A DNA stretch of 64,000 bases from IMG/VR virus record IMGVR_UViG_3300031758_000036, positions 1 through 64,000 of that record; one strand, written 5' to 3'. The notes under the pieces were generated by a model. The model worked only from the letters and a program-made list of their open reading frames with translations. It did no database searches and had not been told where the DNA came from. Shown here piece by piece: positions 27,525 through 38,222 of this stretch. Both the position numbers and the translations under genes were made by a program. Each line of letters starts with the position of its first letter. The first letter of the stretch is position 1. This stretch comes from a virus.

Positions 27525-28688
27525 ATGGCACCACCTAGCGAAACTCCTGTACCCTGGTTCCCTGTAGTTCAAGGTATAGTGTCACTCGGTGAAATTCCCG
27601 AGGTTGTCGACGGGCAAATTACGGTCGAGCATCTTGTCCCAGTTTGGAATCAAGTAACAACGACTTCATCTAAAACTAGGACAATAATTGAGGTAAAGGT
27701 TTATCGTTATTCGCTTAACCTGTTAACAGAAATAGCCCCCATACCATCTCACACTGAACTGGTTGTCCAAAGTATTAATACAATTAATCCGGACATTGTT
27801 TTAGTGCAGGTCGCTATTGCTGATCCGACGATAGAATCTGGGTCGCTTGCTATAGATGTTCCCGTTACAGAGGTAACCATTAATACTTCGACAGTTATTC
27901 ATGCCGGCGATGTGAGCGTCGTTTATGTAGATTCAATAATGAATATTGATATTCAAATACCAACCATAAGCGTAACCGCAAACTTAGCACCTGTTGTCTG
28001 GCATCTTGACGGAGTAAATAATTCAACCTCTACTTCTTCTAGCGGCGCCTACGCCGTCTCCGCTACATTTTACGGAACGGCTGCTTTGTCTACAACAAGA
28101 TCGAAGTATGGCGCATCTTCTGTGTATTTTTCACAGGAACAAATTGCTTTTTTTGAAGTTCCGGATCCCAGTATTTCTCGCTTAGTATTTGTTCCTGATA
28201 TTCAATTAGGCAGTGAGGATTGGTGTATTGAATTCTGGTGGTTTGCAGCAAGCCCCGACTCTACGGCTTACACCACTATCTATACTATAAAGAATGATGC
28301 AATTTATGGAGAACTTGCTAGCTTAGATGTCGATTTTACTGACAACAGAATATCACAATGGTGGACCGGAGGTATTGGATTTAATCTTGATGAGTCACTA
28401 AATCCATTAATATTCACAAGAAATCAATGGAATCACGTAGCATGGTACAGAATCGGCAACTCCTACTACCTGGCATTGAATGGTGTAGTTGAAAGTGACA
28501 ATGTTCGCGGCCCAGTGAATCCATCTGATCCGATACTTAATATTGAAGATATTTTACATACAGTTGGTGAATTTGATGGTCTTGGTTATTATACTATGCC
28601 TGATGATTATGTTGATGAAATAAGGATTTCCTATGGAACGTCTCCATACACTGCGTCCAACTTCATCCCACCTTCCTCTCAATTCTAG
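27525..28688 (+). CDS. Tail protein with a C-terminal LamG/ConA-like domain
   Basis: HLDG...SKYGASS...DWCIEFW...NQWNHVA...YVDEIRIS..YTASNFIPP. Confidence 0.8.
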   Translation: MAPPSETPVPWFPVVQGIVSLGEIPEVVDGQITVEHLVPVWNQVTTTSSKTRTIIEVKVYRYSLNLLTEIAPIPSHTELVVQSINTINPDIVLVQVAIADPTIESGSLAIDVPVTEVTINTSTVIHAGDVSVVYVDSIMNIDIQIPTISVTANLAPVVWHLDGVNNSTSTSSSGAYAVSATFYGTAALSTTRSKYGASSVYFSQEQIAFFEVPDPSISRLVFVPDIQLGSEDWCIEFWWFAASPDSTAYTTIYTIKNDAIYGELASLDVDFTDNRISQWWTGGIGFNLDESLNPLIFTRNQWNHVAWYRIGNSYYLALNGVVESDNVRGPVNPSDPILNIEDILHTVGEFDGLGYYTMPDDYVDEIRISYGTSPYTASNFIPPSSQF

Positions 28689-28724
28689 TTAAACTTGGAA
28701 TTATAGATAAGTCTCCTTTTAACA

Positions 28725-29153
28725 ATGGCTGTTGTTTCTGTTTATAACCATACGGCCCTTCGCTTTATCAATGGGTCGAATAGCCCCACTGATACTTATA
28801 AATTAATGCTGTGCACTAGCAGTACCTTTGATGCTACGAATACGACACTTGCTGGTATAACAAAAACCGAAGTGGCAACGGGGAACGGCTATGTCGCGAC
28901 CGGCAAAGCTTTGACAAATACTGCAGTCGCTACTGTTACTACAAATGATGCAAAATTTAGTGCAGATAATGTAGAGTGGCTTGTTAATACGGCATCAATA
29001 TCAGCCAACAGCGCGATTCTGTACAATGATACGGATGCTGATGATCCCCCTGTTTTTCATATTGACTTTGGTGGGACCAGAACCGTATTACCGGGAAATA
29101 CGTTTGGTATTATCTGGAGTGCTGATGGCGTTTATAAGTTTAATATTACCTAA
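28725..29153 (+). CDS. Minor tail/structural protein
   Basis: DTYKLML...EVATGNGY..GKAL...AILYNDT...IDFGG. Confidence 0.7.
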   Translation: MAVVSVYNHTALRFINGSNSPTDTYKLMLCTSSTFDATNTTLAGITKTEVATGNGYVATGKALTNTAVATVTTNDAKFSADNVEWLVNTASISANSAILYNDTDADDPPVFHIDFGGTRTVLPGNTFGIIWSADGVYKFNIT

Positions 29154-29206
29154 TTATTGGAACCATATCAGGGAGCGAATAGCCTTACCTCAATCACCTT
29201 TGTGTC

Positions 29207-29611
29207 ATGGCGCAATCGACTATCATTAGCACAAAGGAACTTCAGCGGCAGGCCGAGTTATGCTTTGAGGGCGAGACATTAAAGGTAATGCTGGCGAGTG
29301 TGGGTGCTACTGGTTACACAGAAGAAAGTACAGTAGCTAACTGGCAGTCTGTTGAAGTGACTGGGCTGGGATACACTCGCTTTAGTACTGTTATTGGAAC
29401 TGGTTCGTATAGCAATTCTCTTGCTGCATATACCTTACCTTCTATTGACGCAGTATTTACTGCCGGTGGTACAGGGTGGGGATACGATCGGATCATTATT
29501 TATATCGATGGTGCGACTTATCCTCATAGTATAATTGCAGAAAATCCTACAGTTTTCCTGCAGTCTGGTCAAACGCAGACTTATCGGTTGGCCCTTCGCC
29601 AGGATGACTGA
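29207..29611 (+). CDS. Minor tail/structural protein
   Basis: LKVML...EVTGLGYTR; resembles the preceding gene. Confidence 0.65.
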   Translation: MAQSTIISTKELQRQAELCFEGETLKVMLASVGATGYTEESTVANWQSVEVTGLGYTRFSTVIGTGSYSNSLAAYTLPSIDAVFTAGGTGWGYDRIIIYIDGATYPHSIIAENPTVFLQSGQTQTYRLALRQDD

Positions 29612-31443
29612 TGGGCTTAAAATTAAACCTAATTATAGATTACGGAAATCTTGTTCAAACCATAAGAAACATTGTTGAAGCAAACCGCAAGAAATTACTT
29701 GAGCAGGATAGGAAACGACAGATCAAAGAGGATATAAAGAGCAAAGAGCAGGAGCAGGCAAACTTTGGTGGCCCGCAGCCGCGAAATTCAGCATCTCCCG
29801 GTTTTCCGGAGAGCGAGAAAACTCCAAGAACAACATATGAGCCTTGGGATACAACATCTGAAACTAAGAATTACCGCGAAACTTTAGCAGAAGCGAAAGA
29901 AAATGAACGCCGCAAATCAAAAGAAAAGGACGAAAAGTACAGAGCAAATAAACCTGGAAGCTTTCCTGATAAAAGTAAGCCAAAATTAGGACACTTTTGG
30001 GCTTTCAAAGATTATAAATTCCAAGAATCTGGTCCCAAAGTTCTGGGTGAAAGTAGTGGTGGCCTTGGGGAGAGTGGCTACGCAATACTTCTGCCAGAGA
30101 TTAGCGGTGGAAATACAACAATACAAAAGACTAATCTTGTCACAGGAACTGGTGGCAAATGGGATGAATTTGGAGGCGATTCTTTTAGCGCTGAATTCGT
30201 AACTACTACCGACTTTGAGTCAGTATTCGACGAAATCACTCTATACATAACTGATTTTGATACATGCGAAATAGTGTGTCCGAAGGAACGTTGGCAGACC
30301 GGCTATGTAACGACATCCTCTCTGTTAAATGTTCAGGAGGCTGTAGAGCATTTAGCCATTCCCGTTGGAGATGGCAAGTTTATACTAATTACAGCCGAAA
30401 AATATGTATATTGGCAATTTAATACTATCTGGACAGGTGGGAAGAAGATGTATGCTGGAGACGGCAGTTGCGAAAGTTTTGGACAGGGTAGTTGTCCTGG
30501 AGGCTGGAACCCAATCTCCTTTCCGGGCAACCCGAACTTATGTCCATCAGAAATCTTACATATTGTAACGTTCGTTGGCGGCTGGGCTGATACGAACTGC
30601 GAGACGATATACAGGTATTGGGGACCGTATGAAGCAACATATGGCTTCGTCTCTAGAAGTTATGTAACTGACACTCGTAGAATATTCTCCGCTTATATTT
30701 GCAGCGATAGTAACAGAAGGGAGATCGATATACCTGAAAAATTGCAAGATTTCCTTGATATTCAATTTGATGAAGCCGTTGCCGATTATCCGCCTCCTTA
30801 TGAAATTGGCTTCAACTATACTTACGAGCACAGTGAAAAAATTTACAGGGACATTGGCAGCCACGACCTAAATAGCGGTTATGTCCCACCTGCAAACGGC
30901 AACCCCGGATACCAAATTGACATCTCAAAAGGCTTGTGGACTGATAATTTTCTTGAAGGGTACACACCAGAGGTATTTAAGTGGATAAACAATAAAATTA
31001 ACTTTGTAGATGGAGGTAAAATCAAAGAATTTACAAATAAAAAGCAGATCATACTGGATGCTTCGAGGCCAGATACTGCTTATGGACACATTTTAAAATA
31101 TATCGATGATGAAACCGGCGATGTTGATTACCCATATGCCAGTTACCTATATAATAATTTTACAAATTTTCTGTATGCCACAATTCCTGCAGATAAAACG
31201 CCTTCCTGGGACATGTGGAGAGAAGGCTATGCAGGTGAGAAACCCAAAAGCGAACTCACTGCGACCCTCAGATTGAGGGCCAATCGTGACAAGGCTGAAG
31301 GTGATTACAATGACTACGATTCAGAATTAAAATATTACGGCAAAGAAGATATACTTGGAGTGGTTTGGGACTGGGATGACCCAAAATACTGTAAAGAAAT
31401 GTGCATTGCGCTAGGCTTTAGTGGTGGCGATTTGACTATATAA
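29611..31443 (+). CDS. Hypothetical virion-associated protein
   Basis: 610-aa ORF coupled to the tail genes. Confidence 0.6.
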   Translation: MGLKLNLIIDYGNLVQTIRNIVEANRKKLLEQDRKRQIKEDIKSKEQEQANFGGPQPRNSASPGFPESEKTPRTTYEPWDTTSETKNYRETLAEAKENERRKSKEKDEKYRANKPGSFPDKSKPKLGHFWAFKDYKFQESGPKVLGESSGGLGESGYAILLPEISGGNTTIQKTNLVTGTGGKWDEFGGDSFSAEFVTTTDFESVFDEITLYITDFDTCEIVCPKERWQTGYVTTSSLLNVQEAVEHLAIPVGDGKFILITAEKYVYWQFNTIWTGGKKMYAGDGSCESFGQGSCPGGWNPISFPGNPNLCPSEILHIVTFVGGWADTNCETIYRYWGPYEATYGFVSRSYVTDTRRIFSAYICSDSNRREIDIPEKLQDFLDIQFDEAVADYPPPYEIGFNYTYEHSEKIYRDIGSHDLNSGYVPPANGNPGYQIDISKGLWTDNFLEGYTPEVFKWINNKINFVDGGKIKEFTNKKQIILDASRPDTAYGHILKYIDDETGDVDYPYASYLYNNFTNFLYATIPADKTPSWDMWREGYAGEKPKSELTATLRLRANRDKAEGDYNDYDSELKYYGKEDILGVVWDWDDPKYCKEMCIALGFSGGDLTI

Positions 31444-31655
31444 ATATATGCTTCGGCACCATAGTATCAGAGCTTTAGAATACAAAAGTGCAAGACGAAG
31501 AGAAGCCTGATCTATTAACAAAAATGCAGATGGCAGTTAGTGTGAATCGCCATTCAATGTTACGTAAAAGCGCTGACAAAAAGCTAGTTAACGATGCGAT
31601 ATACGGCAAGTGAATTTGGCATACTAACGCGCCCTTAGGCGTGATGCCTGCAGAC

Positions 31656-32393
31656 ATGTCCGACGAAAATCAATCCGCACTTGAGATGGGTGCGACCAGC
31701 TCTGGAGAACGCAATATTCCAGATCCAGGTGATAACCGCAGTTATTCTGAAGAAGAAGTCCAAAACTTGCTGAAAGCTCTGAAATCGGAGCGCGAAGCTC
31801 GTAAAGTATACGAGAAAGAGGTAAAAGAAAAAGCAGCAATGCTTGAAAAATTTGCCGATATTCAGCCTGAAGAATATCGTAAATTACAAGAAGAAGTTGC
31901 CACTTCCGCAAGGGAGAAGGCCGCAGTAGAGGAACGGACTGCATTGCTGGAGGAGAAGTATGGCTCCCAGGCTGCAGAAGCAGCTAAGGCGCGAGATTCT
32001 GCTAATCGCGAACTGCAAGAATTCCGCAAGCGTTATGCGCTTGAAAAGGTATTCTTTGCTGCAGGCGGTCGGACTGATTCCGCTGATGGCGTATCTTTCT
32101 TTGATATGCTAGCAAATCAAATTGGTGCTCAATTCCGACTTGAAGTTGATGGCAGTATTACTGTAGTCGACAATGCTGGTGATCCTGTGTTGGATAAAGA
32201 ATCTGGCCGCCGATTGAACCCTGAAGATTACTTAGGTCAGTTCAAGACGCACCCGATTTATGGTACCTTCTTCAAAGGTAACAAAGGTTCTGGTGCTGGT
32301 ATTGGCTATGGCGGCACCGATACTGTTGGCATGACTGGTGAAGATTTGCACGCTCTCAGTCGTGATGAATTGTTCCAGCGTGCATTTGGCTGA
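31656..32393 (+). CDS. Capsid scaffolding protein
   Basis: Coiled coil (LKALKSERE), Gly-rich C-terminus, directly upstream of the capsid gene. Confidence 0.8.
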   Translation: MSDENQSALEMGATSSGERNIPDPGDNRSYSEEEVQNLLKALKSEREARKVYEKEVKEKAAMLEKFADIQPEEYRKLQEEVATSAREKAAVEERTALLEEKYGSQAAEAAKARDSANRELQEFRKRYALEKVFFAAGGRTDSADGVSFFDMLANQIGAQFRLEVDGSITVVDNAGDPVLDKESGRRLNPEDYLGQFKTHPIYGTFFKGNKGSGAGIGYGGTDTVGMTGEDLHALSRDELFQRAFG

Positions 32394-32419
32394 CAATAAT
32401 TAAGCCATTATATACGAAA

Positions 32420-32443
32420 GCCGGCCCATTGGGTCGGTTTTTA
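32420..32443 (+). terminator. Rho-independent terminator
   Basis: GCCGGCCC-ATT-GGGTCGGT-TTTT. Confidence 0.65.
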
Positions 32444-32589
32444 TTGCATTTTTGGAATCATAAGTTTGAGTACCCAGCCCTGAATTGGTTGAGATGACCG
32501 ATCGGGGAGGGTCTAGCGCCAATGGATGAGACATCCAATCAGGCGATTTACCTTTCCTGTTCATTGTTCATCTATCCCTTTTAGGAATC

Positions 32590-33489
32590 ATGGCCTTAAC
32601 TCTTGCTGAAGCTAAGAAGCATTCTAGCAACCCCCAGGAGCTTGCAATCGTTACCGAGCTTGCTGCTGGTCCCCTGCTGCAAAACCTGCCGTTCCGTGAA
32701 GTCCAAGGCAACGGTCTGTTCTGGAAGCGTGAGGAGTCCCTTGGTGATGTGGGCTTCCGTACGTTCAACGCTGGCTACACCGAAAGCTATGCCACCGTCA
32801 AGCAGCACAGCGAAGCGCTGAAACTGTTCGGTGGTGACATCAAGGTTGACCGCGCTATCGTCGACCTGGAGGGCCCCGAGGCCCGCGCTTACCAGATCCA
32901 GTCCAAGACCCGCGCAATGCGCCTGGCTTTTGAAGGCCTGTTCATCAACGGTGACTCCAATACCACCGGCGCTGAATTCGATGGTCTGGCTGTGCGCCTG
33001 CCTGATGGTTCCAGCCAGTATATCGCGAACGCTGGTGCTCCTGCTGCCCTGGATACCGGCGCCCTGGACGAAGCTATTGATGCTGTGGACGCCCAAGGCG
33101 GCCAGAAGTATCTGGTTATGTCCAAGTCGGCCCGTCGTCATCTGAGCAAGGTGGCTCGCGCCAATGGTCAAATCGACATCGAGCGCAACGATTTCGGTTA
33201 CCAGCAACTGTTCTACGGTGGCATTCCGGTGCTTGAGCTGGACCGCGACCATCAGAACGTGGCCATCCTGGATAGCGATCCTACTGATCAATCGATCTAT
33301 GTGGTTGCTTTCGGCAATGACCTGCTGACCGGTCTGCAGAACGGTGGCCCTCAGGTGCGTGACCTGGGTGAAGCAACCGATTCGCCGGTCCTGGTGACCC
33401 GCGTTGAATGGTACTGCGGGGTGGCTTTGATAAATGGCCGAGCTGCTGCACGTCTCGCCAACGTCAACGCAACTGCTGCTATCGCCTGA
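32590..33489 (+). CDS. Major capsid protein (HK97 fold)
   Basis: LQNLPF, FGGDIKVDR, FINGDS..EFDGL, TRVEWYCGVA....AAARL; followed by a terminator. Confidence 0.92.
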   Translation: MALTLAEAKKHSSNPQELAIVTELAAGPLLQNLPFREVQGNGLFWKREESLGDVGFRTFNAGYTESYATVKQHSEALKLFGGDIKVDRAIVDLEGPEARAYQIQSKTRAMRLAFEGLFINGDSNTTGAEFDGLAVRLPDGSSQYIANAGAPAALDTGALDEAIDAVDAQGGQKYLVMSKSARRHLSKVARANGQIDIERNDFGYQQLFYGGIPVLELDRDHQNVAILDSDPTDQSIYVVAFGNDLLTGLQNGGPQVRDLGEATDSPVLVTRVEWYCGVALINGRAAARLANVNATAAIA

Positions 33490-33517
33490 TAAACCCAGTC
33501 TGGGACAGCGATCTAAC

Positions 33518-33541
33518 GAGCCCTTCGGGGCTCTTTTTTTT
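33518..33541 (+). terminator. Rho-independent terminator
   Basis: GAGCCC-TTCG-GGGCTC-TTTTTTTT. Confidence 0.92.
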
Positions 33542-33602
33542 GACTAGTGGCAATGATGAATAAATATTGGTATCATGTGGATGCGTCACTGCCATCAGCC
33601 AG

Positions 33603-34151
33603 ATGAGACCCCTTCCCGCATTGCCTCACATTAGTGTATTAAATGAATATCTTGAGATTGATCCAGCCATACCCGCTGGATTAAGGTGGAAGACGAGGGC
33701 TTCAAAAAATACACGCATCGGATCACCAGCGGGCAGAAAGCATTCCAATGGCTACTGGGAAGTTAGGCTCCAGGGTGTGCTGTACAAAAGCTCAAGGATA
33801 ATATATAAAATTTATAACAATGGAGAAGATCCTGGCCTGTTCGAGATAGATCACATTGACAGGAACAAGGACAATAATGCTGGATGGAATCTTGTGCTTG
33901 CAACAAGAGCAGAACAGGCTCGAAATAAGACGGTTACGTCCAAGGCTGGTTTCAGGCATGTGGCTTTTGATGCTCGCACTCGCAGGTCTTCTGCTCCATG
34001 GATGAGTACAGTCTCATTTAGGGTTGATGGCGTCAGGAAAGCCAAATTCCTAGGCTATTTCTTAAATCCATACGAAGCGGCAATTGCAGCTATCGTTTAT
34101 AAACGTGAAAATGGTATCAGGTATGAATATGCTCCTGGAGGAGCGGTCTAG
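33603..34151 (+). CDS. Free-standing HNH homing endonuclease with an AP2-like C-terminus
   Basis: AG..NGYW...RIIY...EIDHIDRNKDNN..NL...Q..N; GFRHV...W...KFLGYF....EAA. Confidence 0.85.
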   Translation: MRPLPALPHISVLNEYLEIDPAIPAGLRWKTRASKNTRIGSPAGRKHSNGYWEVRLQGVLYKSSRIIYKIYNNGEDPGLFEIDHIDRNKDNNAGWNLVLATRAEQARNKTVTSKAGFRHVAFDARTRRSSAPWMSTVSFRVDGVRKAKFLGYFLNPYEAAIAAIVYKRENGIRYEYAPGGAV

Positions 34152-34218
34152 AACTTGGCAAACTAGGAATCATCACGTATTTCCGTCTACGGAAAACTAA
34201 TGGGATTGAAGTGCCTCA

Positions 34219-35058
34219 GTGATTTTATCGTCTTCTGATATCTTCAGGATTTTATCCAGCGATCCGGTAATACGGGTATCTGCGCGTGTAAAGATTGTAG
34301 ATACCAGGCCACCGATTGAGACTGCCGATAGCACTGTAATCTATATTGCAAAATATCCGATCGTTTCTGATTTCCAGGCAGTATGGACTGTTTGGATTGC
34401 TGATAATTCTAACGAACCGCTTGATTTAATACTAGCACAACTCAAGCGTTTACTGCCTGGTTTTCAAATAACAGATAACGGTATTATTGTAAAAGCAACT
34501 GTTACAGAATTAAAATCAGCAAATACCGAGACAGCTCCTGTTATACCGGCTAAACAAGACCAGGGCCTGCTCAGCTCTTTACAAGCAAAATTTGATGAGC
34601 TAAAGCAGTCAATAGAAGACCGAATGCTGCTGGTTGGCCCCGGCAGGGCTGGCAAAGAAGGTATTCCTGGTCGCGATGGTGCAAATGGCAGCGATGGCAA
34701 AGACGGGAGAGACGGGAAGGATCTAATAGCCACTGACGCTGAGCTAGATGACCTGAAAGATGTATTCACGACTGATGCGCAACGCGGTCAATTTTTAATG
34801 TTTGATGGCGCCTCATGGGTTGCCAGGTTTGTACCGCAAATCATCAGAGCTAGTGGTGGCGGTGGTGGCGGTGGAACAGGTGGCGGTATCGAAGAAGCGC
34901 CACTTGATGGTAACTATTATGTCAGACAAAATGGTCAATGGGTCAACCTAGTTGATGCATTGGCTGATCTTGGCAATATCGATGCTGGCGACTTCACGAC
35001 TGGTGTTGCTGATACAAATAATTCCAGTCAATTTGATGGTGGGGACTTCAGTCCATAA
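34219..35058 (+). CDS. Structural protein with a short collagen-like segment
   Basis: GRDGANGSDGKDGRDG, LDDLKDV and EAPLDGNYYVRQNGQW motifs. Confidence 0.7.
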   Translation: MILSSSDIFRILSSDPVIRVSARVKIVDTRPPIETADSTVIYIAKYPIVSDFQAVWTVWIADNSNEPLDLILAQLKRLLPGFQITDNGIIVKATVTELKSANTETAPVIPAKQDQGLLSSLQAKFDELKQSIEDRMLLVGPGRAGKEGIPGRDGANGSDGKDGRDGKDLIATDAELDDLKDVFTTDAQRGQFLMFDGASWVARFVPQIIRASGGGGGGGTGGGIEEAPLDGNYYVRQNGQWVNLVDALADLGNIDAGDFTTGVADTNNSSQFDGGDFSP

Positions 35059-35087
35059 CAGGAAAACTAATCTGATTCACAAAAAAT

Positions 35088-37751
35088 ATGACCACACCTT
35101 CGCCCAGGAATCCAATCAGAATTGCCCGTGGTCTGTATGCAGATCTACTGGCTTCTGTAGCTGATCTGGGTGAAGGCGAGATTTGTTTTGCACAAGATCA
35201 GGATACGTTATATGTAAAAGAGAATGGTGTACTGACGCTGGTTTCTGGTGGCGTCAGCTCTACGCTGGTCAGGGAGATTGCTGGCATTGATCAAACTGGC
35301 GAACCGATGGGTCACGCCAATCGTTCGGACAGTGGTATTTCTTTTGATAGCGGTTCACGTATATTTACGATTGAACCTGTTACTGCATCGTTTGATGTAT
35401 GGTGCCGTGGGATCAAGTATACATACGTCAGTGCGCAATCGATAACGATTCCCGATACGACCGGCCTGTATTATGTATATTTTGACGAAGACGGTGATCT
35501 GCAGTACCAGACATCGTTCTTTGATCTGGAATATCAGGCACCCACTGCTTATATTTACTGGAATGCGGATACAAATCAAGCAGTGTATTTTGGCGATGAG
35601 CGTCATGGCATTGTGCTTGATTGGCAGACGCATGAATACCTGCACAGGACACGTGGTGCTGCGTTTGCAAGAGGTCTGGAGCTAGTCGCCTATACAGTAC
35701 TTGGCGGCGGTGCCGTAAATACAGATGCGCAAGTCAGCCTAGAAAACGGTGTATTCTTTGACGAAGATATCCAAGTAGATATTATTCACTCTGCCGACCC
35801 CGTCGCCAATACGTGGCAGCAGGACTTGCAGGGACCTGGACTGATTCCTGTTTTATGGAGAAATGCTACTTCGTGGACACTTGATGCCGCTTCAGAATAT
35901 CCCCTGAAAGCCGGCACTCTCAGGCCGCAATATAACCTAGAAGGAATTGGCGGATCATGGAGCACGGTCGATGCCGATAGTGGTAAGTATATTTGCGTAT
36001 TTCTTATTGCAACAAACAATTTAAATCATCCAGTTGTCTCTATTCTTGGCCAGACGCAACATAATAATATAGCCAGTGCGCAAACCGAGACTTGGTCTAC
36101 GCTTGATTTAACTGGATTCCCTTCGCTTGAATTCAGACCGCTGTACCAACTGATTTATCAGTGTGGTGCATATGGTAACGCAATATCTGCACGGCTCAGG
36201 GGTGTATCTGATCTCAGGTATACGCAAGCAGGCATCTCGATTACCGGCCAGGTGGGCGCCACTGGCCCCGTGGGGGCCACTGGTGCTATTGGCGCTACTG
36301 GTGCCACTGGTATTGGCGAAACGGGCCCTACGGGCGTCGAGGGCCCCACTGGCGTTACTGGGCCGGTTGGTCCGACTGGCCCTATTGGCATTACGGGTCC
36401 AACGGGCGTTGAGGGGCCTACGGGTGCCAGCGGTCCGACTGGTCCGACTGGACCGATTGGCATTACGGGCGCGACGGGCGTGGTTGGTCCTAGCGGACCT
36501 ACGGGACCTACGGGACCAATTGGCATTACAGGTGCCACAGGTGTAGTTGGCCCAAGTGGACCCACTGGCCCGACCGGCCCAACTGGTCCGATTGGTATAA
36601 CTGGGGCTACTGGCGTTGTTGGTGTTAGTGGCGCTACTGGTATCGAAGGACCGTCTGGACCGACTGGTCCGACTGGACCCATTGGGCCTACTGGTCCGAT
36701 TGGTATAACTGGGGCCACCGGCGTTGACGGTCCAACTGGCCCAAGTGGACCGACTGGCCCGATTGGTTCAACCGGACCCACTGGTGTTGCTGGTATCAGT
36801 GCAAGCGGCCGTATTTGGTACTTTGCGCAGACTGCTTCTGATATTAGTGGCTACGAAACATTGCAACCCGATTCTCCTGATTCGGCTCCTCAGGATGACA
36901 TGACAGCAGTCACCACCAGTTCCAGCGGCGAGGTTCTGATAAATGAATTCGTCACCGCTGTCGGCGACCCTGATCTCGAAGAACTGCCAACTGGTGAATA
37001 TGAAATTCGTTTCTGGAGTTATGTGTCCAGTAATGATGGCGACACGCGGCTAGTGTTCCGTGTTTATAAGCGTGCAACGAGCGGTACTGAAACGCAACTA
37101 TTCTATTTGGATTCGCCGGAAATTAACGCAACTGCAGCAAGTTATTACAATCAACTCCTGGTTAATACTCAACCAAATGTAATTGATCCGACTGATCGTA
37201 TTGTAACAAAAGTATACGCAAAGACCACCAGTAGTAACAATATTACCGCGCACTTTGTGCATTCTGGTACGACGCCCAGCTCCTGGAGAACTGCTATTAC
37301 GTTGGGCTATGTTGGCCCCCAGGGTGCCACCGGTCCAACTGGTGTTCAGGGTCCAACTGGTCCGATTGGTATTACTGGAGCTACCGGCCCGGATGGTTCA
37401 ACTGGTCCCACCGGTGCAGATGGTCCCACTGGCCCCAGCGGGGTCATTGGGGTTTCTGGCGCCACTGGCGTTGTCGGAGTAACCGGCGCTACTGGCGTCG
37501 TAGGTGTTACTGGTGCGACTGGCGTTGTCGGTGAAACCGGTGCAACTGGCGTCGTTGGTATTACTGGCGCCACGGGCGTTGGTGGCGTTACAGGTGCAAC
37601 TGGTCCGATTGGCATTACAGGCCCCAGCGGTGTCATAGCAGATGGCGACAAAGGAGATATAACTATTTCTGGTAATGGTACACTGTTAAAAGTTAACCCG
37701 GTCGTCTACGGCCGAGTCCTCGCTGCCCAGTACGGCGCAGCAATGCCCTGA
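35088..37751 (+). CDS. Collagen-like fibre protein
   Basis: Long (GXT)n runs (GPT/GAT/GIT); N-terminal LGEGEICF fibre motif. Confidence 0.85.
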   Translation: MTTPSPRNPIRIARGLYADLLASVADLGEGEICFAQDQDTLYVKENGVLTLVSGGVSSTLVREIAGIDQTGEPMGHANRSDSGISFDSGSRIFTIEPVTASFDVWCRGIKYTYVSAQSITIPDTTGLYYVYFDEDGDLQYQTSFFDLEYQAPTAYIYWNADTNQAVYFGDERHGIVLDWQTHEYLHRTRGAAFARGLELVAYTVLGGGAVNTDAQVSLENGVFFDEDIQVDIIHSADPVANTWQQDLQGPGLIPVLWRNATSWTLDAASEYPLKAGTLRPQYNLEGIGGSWSTVDADSGKYICVFLIATNNLNHPVVSILGQTQHNNIASAQTETWSTLDLTGFPSLEFRPLYQLIYQCGAYGNAISARLRGVSDLRYTQAGISITGQVGATGPVGATGAIGATGATGIGETGPTGVEGPTGVTGPVGPTGPIGITGPTGVEGPTGASGPTGPTGPIGITGATGVVGPSGPTGPTGPIGITGATGVVGPSGPTGPTGPTGPIGITGATGVVGVSGATGIEGPSGPTGPTGPIGPTGPIGITGATGVDGPTGPSGPTGPIGSTGPTGVAGISASGRIWYFAQTASDISGYETLQPDSPDSAPQDDMTAVTTSSSGEVLINEFVTAVGDPDLEELPTGEYEIRFWSYVSSNDGDTRLVFRVYKRATSGTETQLFYLDSPEINATAASYYNQLLVNTQPNVIDPTDRIVTKVYAKTTSSNNITAHFVHSGTTPSSWRTAITLGYVGPQGATGPTGVQGPTGPIGITGATGPDGSTGPTGADGPTGPSGVIGVSGATGVVGVTGATGVVGVTGATGVVGETGATGVVGITGATGVGGVTGATGPIGITGPSGVIADGDKGDITISGNGTLLKVNPVVYGRVLAAQYGAAMP

Positions 37752-37769
37752 CGTTCGCTTTTACCTCTC

Positions 37770-38222
37770 ATGGCCGCCAACACTTCCCCCATCTGGACGC
37801 TGACCCCCAACGTCTCGGGCGTTGACATTGCAACAACAGCCGCAAACGTCAATACCACTGCTCCTGGCACCATCGGAACCAACTGCTTCCTAGCGTTCAC
37901 CTCCGGCGCCGACGGCTCCTACCTACAAAAGGTTCGCTTCTCCTTTGTCTCAACCACCAGTGTAATCTCCAGCGTTGCCACAACGCTTCAGGTTTACGTA
38001 TCTACCATCAACACTGGCGCAACATCTGCGGCCAACACCGATCTAATCGTGAACGTACAGGCCGCATCGCAAGCAATTCCAAACACATCAACAGCACCTT
38101 ATGTAATCGAGATTCCCCTTAACTACGCAATCCCAGCCGCCAGGTATATTCTAGTCACACAATCTGTTGCTCAAACCACCAATTCTAACTGGCAAGCAAT
38201 GGTGATCGGAGGTAACTACTAA
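37770..38222 (+). CDS. Fibre-associated structural protein
   Basis: MAANTSPIW...VIGGNY, Thr-rich. Confidence 0.65.
   Translation: MAANTSPIWTLTPNVSGVDIATTAANVNTTAPGTIGTNCFLAFTSGADGSYLQKVRFSFVSTTSVISSVATTLQVYVSTINTGATSAANTDLIVNVQAASQAIPNTSTAPYVIEIPLNYAIPAARYILVTQSVAQTTNSNWQAMVIGGNY

Noticed and set aside
32596-33291. 231-aa antisense ORF over the capsid gene
   Set aside because: Explained by the codon bias of the capsid gene; no recognisable motif
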